A stretch of DNA of 64,000 nt from Zancudomyces culisetae HAW-14-8 (GCA_052426225.1 JBNJNM010000021.1:2418001-2482000); one strand, 5' to 3'; numbered from the stretch's first letter, positions 38,064 to 50,036 are shown. Notes: generated from the letters alone by a model not told the origin. Made by a program: numbers and translations.

Positions 38064-39755
38064 ATGAGTTATCTTGATAATCCTGCTACTACCTTTGACA
38101 AACTTGAGGAGGATTTAGTTGAAGATTGTAAAGAAGTGATGGTTTTTGGACGAAAATCGAGTTCGGAGTGCAAAGTAGCAGTCGTTAATAACTATCTAAA
38201 AAAAGTTGACAGACGTATTGTTCCAATACTCTCTCTACTATACTTTGGGGCCTTGTTGGACTCTACCAACATAGGCTCTGCACTGATAATGGGACTGCAA
38301 AGCGACCTTGAGCTTGTGAATACAGATATTGTGTTATCTATTATTCTTTTCTACGTATCATATGTCATATTTGAAGGTGAATCTTTTTAAACTAACTTAT
38401 AAATACCATATTGGAGCAGTGTGGATCTTTTTTTAGCTATTATTCCTGTAATTGGTCGCCCATACTAATTTTATTTAAAAGTCAGTTTACTATATGATAA
38501 ATCAAATATAGTTCCAGCAAACTTAATGTTAAAGTACCTTCAACCGCGGAACTGGTTTTCGATTATTGCAATATCTTGGTCAATATGCACAATCCTTTTG
38601 GTTGTAATAAAAAGCGGAGCCGGTTTTGTAGCTATAAGAGCTCTAATGGGTGCTTTAGAGGCAGGATTAAGCCCTGGTGTGGTTACATATTTACCATTCT
38701 GGTACACGCTTGACGAAATTCCAGTAAGAATGCTTATGTTTTATACAGCCATGGCGTTAGCTGGAGCATTCGGATCACCAATTGCGTATTTACTGAGCGA
38801 ATTACCTGTAAGTAGCAAGAATACGTATAGAAAATGTGTATGTATATAACTTTACACTATTTATGTTTGTTTTTTAAAAACATAGATCCAAGGGTTATTT
38901 AAATATCAGCGAATATTTTTGTTTGAAGGAATAATGACTCTACTTGTTGGGATTTTAGCCTTTTTTGTACTCCATAATCACCCAGAAACATCTACAATGC
39001 TAACAGAGGAAGAGCGTATTATTTCTACAAGGCGTATTCGCGAATCGCATGGATTGGCGACAAAGGCCAAGATAAATATAAAGCAAATGTCAAAAGATAT
39101 AAGAGAGTGGAAATTGATTCCTTTTACAATTATGCTTTTCAGCATCAACTATGCAATTAGTGTTGTTGGTATATTTGGACCGACGCTCATAAATAACATG
39201 GGCTTTTCAACAAAAGTATCATTACTCCTCTCTTCTTTACCAGCTTTAACTTCTTTGTTTATGCTATTTGTATCCATCAGGCTGGTAAAAATAATCCCAT
39301 ATTACCTCCTTATTACACTTAATTGTACTGTGATCATAATAGCTTATAGTATAGTTGGGTTTTTCGGGGAACCTGTATTAAAAATAATATGTTTAGCTCT
39401 TGGTGGATTTGGTGGAATCTCCAATCTATCTATAATGATGACATGGGCATCGGTAAACATGGGAGGAACAGCAAAGAGATTGATATCAATTGCTGCTATA
39501 TGCACACTTTCCTCGGTGGGAAATATGACAGCACCTGTGCTATTTACTGGAAGCTACGCACCTAAGTTCCTTGAGGGCGGGCTTTTATTGATTGCGTCGC
39601 AAGTGGGATCTATAATGAGCGCCTTGGTATTGGGATATCACTTCAAACACACGAATAAATACAGAGATGAGCATCCAGTTAGCGTTTCTCATCTTACCGA
39701 AGGGGAGCAAGTAGAATTGAACGACTATCATCCTAACTTTAGATACAGATTATGA
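38064..39755 (+). CDS. MFS permease, anion:cation symporter (Dal5/Tna1-like), 3 exons
   Basis: KKVDRRIVP, LDSTNIG, FE/VPANL, R.LMGALEAG, WY...E, IFLFEG, C-terminal HPNFRYRL. Introns about 38377-38511 and 38808-38885. Confidence 0.9.
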
Positions 39756-41460
39756 AGATACTCTTTTTTACGCACTTTAGCATTTTAAACCATTTCTGCT
39801 GCGTCTTATAAAATCTCAGACCAAGTCACAAATACCTAAGCGATAAAACTTCCAATCCTCCTGCTAAATAGCATATTTATCTAGCAAAAAAAAAAAAGGT
39901 CAGACATTAGGTTCTGGAATTTATTTAGCACCTATTAATTATGTCTTGTAAGGAGACACAGGTGAAAAAAACATTTACACTGTTATATTTTAAACAAATA
40001 TTCCCACAAAACGTCTTTATGAAGAGTGGGCGCACAACTATACCCTAGGTGTAGATATATGTGTTCTTTAAAATTTATATATGTCTCAGCCTTGTGTTTT
40101 GGCACACGTTCTTATCATACGAGTATGTGGGATCTGTTTCAAACTCACTTATTTTCACTTGTAACTGGTGCTTCCTTTAACAAGCATAAAAAGGATGGCA
40201 TGTTGCGCCATGTGTATTTGTTTGCGCATCATGAGCATTTGAAAAACAAATTTTTGTACTTGGCTACGAGTACATAATAGAATTATCTTGACTAGATGTA
40301 TTCCCACAGGTTTACTTCGCCCCAACAGAAAAAATAATTAAAATGTTAATTGATCTATTATCTTTATTCCCCCAAACAAAAAACATTTGGCCTTTATAAA
40401 GCTCTCTCTTCTCCCTTTGATGAGCTTGATAACATTGTAACACAAATTTTAATTTACGGGTAAACTAAGTAGTTGATTATAAGTGAGATGTGGCATGTGG
40501 TTTATGGTCAGATGTAAAGTGGTCAAAAAATAAATAATCTAAAGGTAAACAAAACAAGTGTGTCAAACTTGACTTCATACTCTCAAACTCCCTGATGTTT
40601 GACTCAAGTTACTTTATTTTTGTAAAATGCTTTCTTCTATAGAGACCCACTATCTTGTAATATAGTAGCCCTAATATTAAAATAACATTTCCTAAAATCT
40701 TTGCTTCTTAGCTTATTTGCCGTTTTGTCATTATCTTTTCGCTTTTTGTATACAATCTTGTTTGAAAACCAGAACTTTTTTTTCTCTAAAAGCTCGAGTT
40801 CCATCTGATAATAAGTAGTAAAATGTAATTAATCAATATAATTCTAAAACAAGAGTTTACCCTTGTCTGACAAAAGGTATGCAAATTCGTAATTAAGAAA
40901 ATCTGCCTTCCCTAAATTTTGTTGTGTTTGTCATTATTAAAGATAATTAGCAGTTTCTGTAACTTTTCCCTAGCAAATTCTAGTTCATTTATTAGAAATT
41001 TACTGTAAGTGGCCAATAAAAAATATTAAAGATAATATAACAAATAGCTAACAGATTTGTTCTATAGTTTCAACAAATAACTGGTGGGTTTTTTTTTCCC
41101 TCAATCCAAGCAGCTGATGGCTAATTGAAGCGATATTAACTAAATAATAAAAACCAAGTAATAAATACTGGGGCTAGAATCCAATCACTTAATAGCCGAA
41201 AATCATAAATAAACCTGTTGTATGAATTGAGGTGATTAAAGAACGTTGGAATTATTGCATAAAAACCAAAACGCCCAAGCCCAAGCTTTTATTTTTCTTT
41301 ATGACATTATTTCAACTTTGAAGCATAATCAAGTTAGCAAAGAAAAAGGCTCGAACACAAAGAGGGGCTTATATAGGCATCATTGGGGAACCTCTGAATC
41401 TCTAAATCACAACGACTTGGAAATTACAATACCTACATTCAAATATTGCATGATCACAAT

Positions 41461-42531
41461 ATGGTCAAACAAAGTGAACAGAGCTACGTTTTGGTCACAG
41501 GCGGAACCGGATATATCGGCTCACACACAGTATTATCTCTGTTAGAAAATGGATACATGGTTGTTGTGGTGGATAATTTAGTAAACAGTGAGGTGGAGTC
41601 ACTTAGAAGAGTAGAAAAGATACTCGGGCTAGACTGGGAAATACCCTTTTACAATATAGATCTACTCGAGTATGAAAAGCTAGATGCGCTGTTTAAAAAA
41701 TATAATTTTCACCACGTGATACACTTTGCAGCCTTGAAAGCCGTTGGCGAATCTGTAGAAATTCCCCTCAGGTACTATGAAAACAACTTTTGTGGTACTT
41801 TAAACTTGCTAAAGGCAATGCAAGCCAACATGGTTAATAATATTGTCTTTTCTAGCTCGGCAACAGTGTACAAATATATCGATGGATCGAGGTTTAAGGA
41901 GGACTCGCCACTTGGATGCACCAGCCCATATGGACGTACAAAGTTGTTTATGGAGTCAGTCATAACCGACCTGTATCAAACAACCGTTGGGACTGAATCA
42001 GAAATGAACGTGGTTTTTCTAAGATATTTCAATCCTGTCGGAGCACATCCCTCTGGGCTCATGGGTGAGGATCCTGGGCAACTCCCAAATAATCTGATGC
42101 CCTACGTTGCAAAAGTTGCTGTAGGAAAGTTAGATAAGGTTCATGTATTTGGATCTGATTATGATACACGAGACGGTACCGGTGTTCGAGATTATATTCA
42201 TATAATGGATTTAGCAAGGGCCCATGTATACTCCTTGGATAAGATCAAGCAGGGATGTGGCCTAAGGATATACAACATTGGAAGTGGTTGTGGGTACTCC
42301 GTACTTGAGATGATCAAAGCAATGGAGAATGCATGTGGTCACAAAATCCCCTTTGTGGTAGACAAAAGGAGGGCAGGTGATGTCGACACAATAGTCTGCG
42401 ACCCTAGTCTGGCAGAAGCCGATTTGAAATTTACTGTCCAGTATACTCTAGATGACATATGTAAAGACCTTTGGAGATGGCAGCAACTCAATCCAGATGG
42501 GTATTCCAAGGAGAACCGAGATCACGTGTGA
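41461..42531 (+). CDS. GAL10: UDP-glucose 4-epimerase (stand-alone)
   Basis: VTGGTGYIGSH, HFAALKAVGES, FSSSATVY, YGRTK, RYFNPVGAH, PNNLMPY, DGTGVRDYIH. Confidence 0.95.
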   Translation: MVKQSEQSYVLVTGGTGYIGSHTVLSLLENGYMVVVVDNLVNSEVESLRRVEKILGLDWEIPFYNIDLLEYEKLDALFKKYNFHHVIHFAALKAVGESVEIPLRYYENNFCGTLNLLKAMQANMVNNIVFSSSATVYKYIDGSRFKEDSPLGCTSPYGRTKLFMESVITDLYQTTVGTESEMNVVFLRYFNPVGAHPSGLMGEDPGQLPNNLMPYVAKVAVGKLDKVHVFGSDYDTRDGTGVRDYIHIMDLARAHVYSLDKIKQGCGLRIYNIGSGCGYSVLEMIKAMENACGHKIPFVVDKRRAGDVDTIVCDPSLAEADLKFTVQYTLDDICKDLWRWQQLNPDGYSKENRDHV

Positions 42532-42819
42532 TTTTTTTTCATTGTTGAATTGGTTTTTGCCTTGTACCATTTAACACATGATTTTATTTTTTTCTTGCTT
42601 AGTAGGCATTTTAGCTGTATGTATACAGTAATTTTAATAGTCTAATATTGATAATCGTGCCTTTTTCGATGGAATCAGTAGACAATGTGTGATATCTAAG
42701 ATGTAATATTTACTGACTTCTACTAAACGCGAGATAGATACCGATGTGAGATAAAATCAAGAAAAAAGAACTCTCCTTTGGAGCAAGCCACATCAGGTTT
42801 TACAAATGCACAACATAAT

Positions 42820-44022
42820 CTGTAACATGTAGTAGATGTTATTTTGAATCAAATGTATTTTTCAGCTAAGAAGGTAGCTGAATTAATAGTTATACAGGTC
42901 ACGGATCGCTTTATTAGTATTTTTTTTTGCTAACAAATTGTTTTTTATTACTACTTTTGAATTGCTAGTAATTACTAGATAAATGATACTTACTATTTAC
43001 TCGTTTTTTTGTATATGTTAAATACAAGTTTCTAAGGGTGGCATTGTTCCCACTTTTTGATGTTTCTCTTTTATATTTCACCAATCGTTCAGGATTTCCA
43101 GTTTCTTTATAACAAAACTATTCCTTAGTTAGCTAGCAAAAAAAGTTATAGCCATCATACTACAACACATTTCTCACAATTTTAATATGCATATGTTATT
43201 ATTAATCTGATATGATTTTCAACTAATGTGATGACTGGGTTTGGTATAGTACTGGCCTAGCCAGTTATACTCAGGTCTCGGATCATTTGTCAGATCTGTT
43301 TTGCTGTTTAGAGTGTGTAACTACTTTTATTATTGTATAACAATAACAAACAATAAGCAAAGTATACTGGCTACTACGTACTATATACGAAATAAGTTCG
43401 GTTAAACGAGACTTCCCTTTGTCTTTTCGCTATCTGCTCTCGTTTATACTCGCTGTTCGTTTTGTTGTTCAACCTTACTGACCTAGATCATTCTAAATTA
43501 CTGATATCTCTTACTCTGATTGGTAGATATATTCTGCTAATAAATCGTAATTGATTCGCTAGCAACAAGATTGTAGTCATTATACTGTAATATATAGTAG
43601 ATGTAATAAGTTATCTGATACATTTTTCAGCTAATGTGATGGCTGAGTTTGGTATAGCACTGATTGTGTCAGTTATACTCAGGTCTCGGATCACTTAACT
43701 AGTTCTGTTTGCCGTAATATGAACGTTTTTAATAACTTTTATTATTGTTGTAATAATAATAAAACACTAAGTAAACTATCTCAATGTAGTGCTAATTTCA
43801 ATTACTAAGTATGTAAAAAACGTATATGTAAAGTATATTCTGTTAAGAAAGGCTAAAGATGCTATTTTCGTTGTCCGCTCTTGTTTTATTCGGTTTGTTA
43901 TTCACTTTACTATCTTAGATCATTTTTACTATATATTCTGCTAGCTATCATTGGTAGTTATCTTCTACTAAGGAATCGCAATTGATTCGCTAACAAAAAG
44001 TATGTAGCCGTTATACTACATA
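42820..44022. repeat. Three diverged tandem copies of a ~360-430-bp unit
   Basis: Shared blocks: TTTTCARCTAA at about 42859, 43216 and 43624; CAGGTCWCGGATC at about 42895, 43272 and 43680; GCTARCAA...TAGYCRTYATACT at about 43132, 43558 and 43989. Confidence 0.85.
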
Positions 44023-44104
44023 CATTAACCAAACCTACTCAAATAAAATAAGCTATAAAAATGTCAAAATTCCCCCAATTAATAATAAAAAAATTAAAAA
44101 ACAA

Positions 44105-44201
44105 TGCTTCATACCAGGATCGAACTGGTGATCTTCGCGTGACTCTATCATAGTTGTTTATACTATAAGCACGACGCATTAACCAACTATGCTAATGAAG
44201 C
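44105..44201 (-). tRNA. tRNA-Ile(UAU) with intron
   Basis: GCTTCATTAGCATAGTTGGTTAATGCGTCGTGCTTATA-[~23-nt intron]-ACGCGAAGATCACCAGTTCGATCCTGGTATGAAGCA. Acceptor GCTTCAT/ATGAAGC, anticodon TAT, T-loop TTCGATC. Confidence 0.93.
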
Positions 44202-44859
44202 TTTTTTTTGTTAGCAAATTTATAAATATATATACAACATTATTATTTTTTAAGTTTAAGGTTATAAGTAGCATAGTATCTAAGAGCTGTTTTTATTAAT
44301 AGGCTCAGCTAATCCGTTTTATTGACCTTAACAAAAAACATCTGGAGAAAAAAGAGTTCAATGTCTAGAATAACTTTGATTACATGTTTGTCATTGTATT
44401 TCTTCAGTTTTCATACACTACTTTTATAAGGTATAAAGTATTTTACAATATTTTTGTTAAGCAATTTTTGTAGTTGCATAATTATTCATACTTTTGGTAT
44501 GTTAGACATAAGGTTTTTCTAATATTTACAAATGTTAACAAACTACTAAAGATTATGTTTTTCAGAAAAACCATACTATAAATTAAATTTATTAATATCA
44601 TATTTTACAGCTGAGTAGAGCTAAAGTAGAAACCATCTAACTGTCAACACAAATAAAATCCACACGACATTTTTTTCAAAACTTTTAATAGGTATTACTT
44701 TTACTTTTTTTAAAGAGTTATATAAGATGGATTTTTTTTATATTTTCGCAGATGCGTACCTAAAAATTTCGTAGAAAGATACAATTTATTGAAACATAAT
44801 AAAATAAATCCCCTTCTATAAATTAAAATCCGAAACTGCACATTTAAACCTCAAAGACA

Positions 44860-46374
44860 TTAAACTGGAAAAGATCCAAGTCTAATAAAAGCTGCAAGTG
44901 ACTCAGTATAAGATGAAAGCTCTTCTGTCGCTACACTGTGACCACATCCATCAAAAATTCTAAATACTGCAGCATCTGGGCCGATTTGAGTAAACATATG
45001 TTCAGAGTTCCCGTGGTCAATAAAGTTGTCACGATTTCCTGTTAAAATCCAAATTCTTCTTCCCGAATAAAGCCTTCCGATCTCTTTTAGTGATTCATCA
45101 GGAACATGGTGTCGAAACACAGCCATCATATGCCCTAAAATGGATGATAATCCGTGGAGTTTGGTGTTGTTTAACCTACGCTGCACACTCTATATCATTT
45201 TTTTAATGATATAACGTAATAATTAGGTTTCATTTTGACCCGAATTGGATATCGATTTTTTGGGTATCTTAAATATAAAATATTTAATGTAATCCAGCAT
45301 AAGATGCTCAATAGTAGCAAGTGAAAATTCCTAGTATAATTTTTTTTACCTCCATAATAAACTCGCGATTTGTTTGCTGTGTTGCAGACAGCTCTGATAT
45401 TTTATCCAGCCATTTCTATTAGCATTCAAACTTATGTTCATTATATTTCATATTCAGTCACCAATATAAACTTGGTTATTAGTCTGATACACAAAAAAAA
45501 ATAGACTTTACATTTGAGTGTAGGACTTCCAAAATGACTTTTGTCTTATCAAGCTGTTTATCTAAAAATAAACATTTAATGTTTGCAGCAACACATTCCC
45601 TTCCAAAAAGTGTTCTTCCAGATGTTGTACTAGAAAGGGTAAGCGTTCGAATGGTATCCGGTGGAGCCAATAATGAAAGTTCCATCGCTATCATCCCGCC
45701 CATACTTGTTCCGACTATGTTTATGGGTTCACCAGACCATCCAACTCCTTCGATTAGCTCTAGAGTGTCTTTTGCCATTTCTCGTGTAGTTCTACGCATC
45801 AGGAGTACACTTATAAACCTTAGTATATATTCAATCAAGTAGAACCAACTTAATAATTATAAAGATATTCTAGCTGTATTCAGCTAATCGCTCTACTAAC
45901 ACTGAAGGTTATGTCGTATTAAAGGATATTGCATAAAAGTTTTACAATTTGAGCGTTGAACCATCATCAGAATATCCGGTATTTCTGTTATCGAATGTCA
46001 ACATTTGGAATTCTGGCTGCGTTTTCTTAAATACTGAGACCTTTGTTATTATAATAAAACAAATATATTTGGGTATGTCAGTGTGATATTTGCTAAGGCA
46101 TTTGCTTGGCATACTGGGAGGTATCGAAAGGACGGTTAAAAAACAAAAGTAATAAAGCTTAAAAGTAGCAAAGTCAAAAAAGTCATATATTTACCACAAA
46201 TTCCCACATTTGCCTATCGGTTCCCATTCCATTTATAAAGACAACTTTAGTATCGCCTTTACCATATATTTCATAGTATAAACGACACGGATTTCCTCTT
46301 TTCTGGCCTACTGATACCTTGCCTTTAGTTTGCAAAGCATCAGCATTAATATTAAATTCGTCCCTCGATTCCAT
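44860..46374 (-). CDS. Alpha/beta hydrolase (multi-exon)
   Basis: LYYEIYG..KVVFINGM, FDNRNTGYS, nucleophile VGTSMGGMIA, LTGNRDNFI (acid), GCGHSV (His). Several GT-AG introns. Confidence 0.88.
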
Positions 46375-46918
46375 TCTTTGGATTTTGTGGCTAGACTATA
46401 CTAATCGGTCAGTCAATTCTTATCAAATGTGAGGTTACTATTTATACCTTAGATGAAACACTTTCAATTGTTGTGGAATTGATTTTTTCAACTAAAAGCA
46501 AAGGTTGGTTATAATTATTTTTTCAAAGCTAATTGGTTTTAATTTTTTAATAGAGGATTGCGCCAATGATTATTGCGATGGTTTTTCGAAATATTCTATA
46601 AAAAAGGGAGTGGGGGGGATAGATTACTGGAATATGAAAATATGACCTTTATACTAAAGCTTAGTAACTTGTTTGGTTGCAAATATTAAAAACCGGATAC
46701 GAGTTGAGTTGAGTTGAGTTGAGTTTGAGCATAATTACTAGGAAAATTGGCAAGAGAGCAATATTTCATATTTGATAAATTATCTTGCTATTTTTTTAGC
46801 ACGAATCTTAATCTATTTTAAAATACTTACTAAAACAAGAAAGTGAATACTTAAAAGGAGTCGAGTGAAAAAAAGCTAGCTAAATCAAAATACCAAACAG
46901 TAAAAAATAAAACATAAA

Positions 46919-48040
46919 ATGGAAAACAAGAAAAAGAAACGAAATTTTAAAAGCTTAAAAATCGATCTGGAATCCGGGGAAGGCACAATAGACAAAGGAC
47001 TAGTAAAGTTGGAAGACAAAAATATGGGAACGATGAATTTTGAACGAGAAGGAAAAAAAGAAGATTGCGATGAAGATAAAGTGATACGGATAGGGTTCTC
47101 ACAGCTAGACATCACTGAAAAGGATATAGAAATCAAAACTAATGAAGAAAAATCTGTTCTGGGGGCAGGGGTTAGTGGGATGGTGTACCGAGTGAAACAC
47201 CGAGCCAGTGGAACACTGATGGCTATGAAAGTGGTAAAGCTGGAGCAGACTACGACAACAAGCACAGCACAGCAACTATTGAAAGAGCTGGAGATATTGA
47301 ATGAATGTAATTCTCCATTTATAGTATCATTCTACGGAGCATTTTGCAACATTGGTGTGAATATCAACAACGGTGGTGGAGGGGGAGGAGGTAGCAACAT
47401 GGTGAAAATATTTATGGAATATATGGATGTGGGATCATTTGATAGGATATACCGAAAAAATGGACCGATTCCAGTTACAGTAATAGGGCTAATGACATAT
47501 TCTGTAATCCAGGGACTGACATACCTATACAACACACATCGAATTATGCACAGAGACATTAAGCCATCAAACATTTTATTAAATTCAAAAGGATATATAA
47601 AACTGTGTGACTTTTCTATATCTAAGCAAATGGAAAGTAATAACAGCATTGCAAACACGTTTGTGGGAACAGCAATTTACATGGCACCAGAAAGAATGCA
47701 GGGGGCTGAATACTCAGTCAAGTCAGATGTGTGGTCACTTGGAACGACGGTTTTGGAACTTGCGCTGGGGAGACACCCATTTGGATTTCAGCAAACCAGC
47801 ATCTTTGAGATGATGCACTATATTTCGACCAGCGAAAAATTGTCCATCCTGGACCCAACTAAGTACGAAAAAAACCTGTGTAGCTTTGTTGACGGATGTC
47901 TGGCTAAAGATCCAAACACCCGTCCCACTCCAAATGCTCTTCTTGCTCACCCCTTTGTCTTGTCCCACTCTGACCTGTATTATAAAAATACCGAAAAACT
48001 TACCCTCCTCCGAAATTGGTTGAATTCCTTAATCCTTTAG
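46919..48040 (+). CDS. MAP kinase kinase, Ste7/Fuz7/Byr1 type
   Basis: Docking motif KKKRNFKSLKI, GAGVSG, AMK, HRDIKPSN, DFS, activation loop SIANTFVGT..YMAPER. Confidence 0.93.
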   Translation: MENKKKKRNFKSLKIDLESGEGTIDKGLVKLEDKNMGTMNFEREGKKEDCDEDKVIRIGFSQLDITEKDIEIKTNEEKSVLGAGVSGMVYRVKHRASGTLMAMKVVKLEQTTTTSTAQQLLKELEILNECNSPFIVSFYGAFCNIGVNINNGGGGGGGSNMVKIFMEYMDVGSFDRIYRKNGPIPVTVIGLMTYSVIQGLTYLYNTHRIMHRDIKPSNILLNSKGYIKLCDFSISKQMESNNSIANTFVGTAIYMAPERMQGAEYSVKSDVWSLGTTVLELALGRHPFGFQQTSIFEMMHYISTSEKLSILDPTKYEKNLCSFVDGCLAKDPNTRPTPNALLAHPFVLSHSDLYYKNTEKLTLLRNWLNSLIL

Positions 48041-48182
48041 TGTAGATTTCCTTTAAATAAACATCTTCCTTTTTTGCATTTCTTGAATCATAATAAAAAA
48101 GGAGATGGATACATATACAACTGAAATACAAAATATTTATGGTGAAACGGATATACATTGATCCAAAGATATCAGTGTATAC

Positions 48183-49551
48183 ATTTCAAAGAGTAGTCTG
48201 AATTGAGTTACGACTCCATTAAAGGAAGCCGCCTTGCGTATCGCACTACATATTGTAATTACAACTACAACAAAAAAGGGTTCCCATATGACTCTTTGGA
48301 GGCTGTTTTTACCATCGACTTTCAAAACTCTTTTCTCGAGACTGAATTTCCCAGTACTTCAAGTATCACCACTTGTATCTTTATTCCATTGGATAACTCC
48401 CTCGACTTTGTAATATCTTTGTATTCCGGTCATGAAACCGGAGTGTTGGTATTTACAAACCAGAATAATAATGAAAACTATGGGGATTGGCGTGATTAAA
48501 TAAGCTGGTTTACGAACTATTCGTGTTTCGGATTGAATAATTGAAACTTTTATTTCATATTCTATACCTGCATTCACTCTCTACCCGAAAGCAGGAAGTG
48601 AAATAAAATATAGAAATCAACAAAAGTTATTTGTTTAAGTTCCAAGGTGTAACGACTTCCACTCTTATAGACGATATCAGATTGTATGACAAGGTAGCAG
48701 TTAAAAAGACAAAAAGATTTGACCCCGCTTCATTCTCTTCCCTCAGTTTACCCTCCCTCATTTCTCCTCCCTTATATTTCAAAGGAAAGTGAAAGGAATT
48801 TGAATAATATAACCAAAGGCCTCTTCGATAAAAAGAGGTGTCAAAACTTCTTGTATTTCAAACTCCCCTTGAGCATAAATCAGACATGCAACTATTAGGA
48901 GACGGATACCCTTACACCAGAACATAAACATATTCATCAAAATACAAGAAAAATCCTAGATGTAAATCAACAGATTCTACACATTCAATCACCACACCCG
49001 CCTTCATTCTTTCCAATTGTGAAACATCCAAAACAACGGTCATGACCAAAAATCCGAAAATAAGGCAAAACCAAGAAAATTAAGAAATAAAGAGCATGGC
49101 AATACTTGAAATGCAGGCAAATTGCAGAATAAGAAAAAAGCCACATTTTCTGGTAACGTCTAAAAACAAGCCCCACAAATGCGTATACATCACGAAGGGT
49201 TAACCCTGACTGATTTAACAGGGTTCTCATCAAGAGCCTTCATTAACACAACATATAAGCACAAGAGCCACTTCATATACTTTCATATATAAAAGTAACC
49301 CTCTCGTTGTAGTTTTTTCTCAGACCTTCCCAAGGGTAATTAAAAAAACAACACATTTAATGTCTTGTTATGCGTTAACCCCTAAATATTGACGCAAGCT
49401 TCTGACCGTTTACTAAATATTTTGATTTCTAGTTATTATACCCGCCAACTTTTTAGATTTAATCCTTTTACAAGAAAAAATAGCAAGGATTCTAAAGGTC
49501 ATCCATACCAGGATAAAAAATATTAAGGAATTTAAACTCTCTCTTTAAAAT
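48183..49551 (-). ncRNA. RPR1: Nuclear RNase P RNA, unusually long (~1370 nt)
   Basis: CR-I GGGAAGGTCTGAGA (49331-49318), CR-IV AGTCATATGGGAA (48293-48281), CR-V AACTCAATTCAGACTACTCT (48209-48190). P4 is GTCTGA/TCAGAC. An 11-bp P1 pairs ATTTTAAAGAG (49551-49541) with CTCTTTGAAAT (48193-48183). P2 is TTCC/GGAA. Many G-U-containing hairpins lie on this strand. Confidence 0.85.
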
Positions 49552-49846
49552 TTTCGAAAACCGCTCTTTTATTTATGCAATATCAATATTCATCGATCCA
49601 AAATCAGAAAAAAATTCGTAATCACACACCCATAAAAATAAGATATTCGCAGAATATATGAATTAATTAATAGCCACCCTCTACTCATCTCAGAAATAAT
49701 AAAGAAAAAGTAATCCAGAGAGAAAAATGTCAAAGACATTTACCAAAGTCTGGTTTTTTTTGTTAGAAATACAAAGCAAATATACATCCGCATAAAACGA
49801 ATGAGAGCTGCACAATACCACCGAAGATCACAATAAATTTCTTGCG

Positions 49847-50036
49847 AAATGTATAATAAAAGTAATTAGATGAAAACTTATCTTCCTCCCACTCTTTTTA
49901 TTTATATTTAAAAAAAGGTCGGATAGTCACAAAACATACCCAAGCATGTTCCTATGTATTCACCCATCACAATAAGATAATGATAAGCGACATTTTGATA
50001 AACCTCCTAATAAAAATAGAAAAACCATACTATCTC
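49847..50036 (-). ncRNA. Candidate intronic structured RNA, H/ACA snoRNA-like
   Basis: Lies inside the 50054-49750 intron. A branched 5' hairpin is closed by GATAGT/ACTATC, followed by H-box ATATAA (49907-49902), a 3' hairpin with an internal loop, and ACA at 49852-49850. Confidence 0.5.

Noticed and set aside
43228-43290. SECIS-like reading of the repeat hairpin (ATGA...GA)
   Set aside because: No apical AA at the proper spacing, ATGA is not conserved in the next copy, and no nearby gene has an in-frame TGA.
42820-44022. CRISPR-like interpretation of the repeats
   Set aside because: Eukaryotic context, long diverged units with homologous spacers, and no cas genes.
48203-48577. Short ORFs 48203-48499 (+), 48359-48577 (-), 48137-48325 (-), and also 48985-49233 (-)
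   Set aside because: Mostly non-ATG starts with no recognisable domain. They overlap the RNase P RNA.
49371-49396. TAACCCCTAA and AACCCT motifs suggesting a telomerase RNA template
   Set aside because: The RNase P CR-I, CR-IV, CR-V, P1 and P4 signatures explain the locus better. The best template-like match is on the opposite strand.
49946-50030. Plus-strand ATGTTCCTA...AAACCAT resembling the snR30/U17 m1 and m2 motifs
   Set aside because: m1 is imperfect and badly spaced. G-U pairs and splice signals favour the minus strand.
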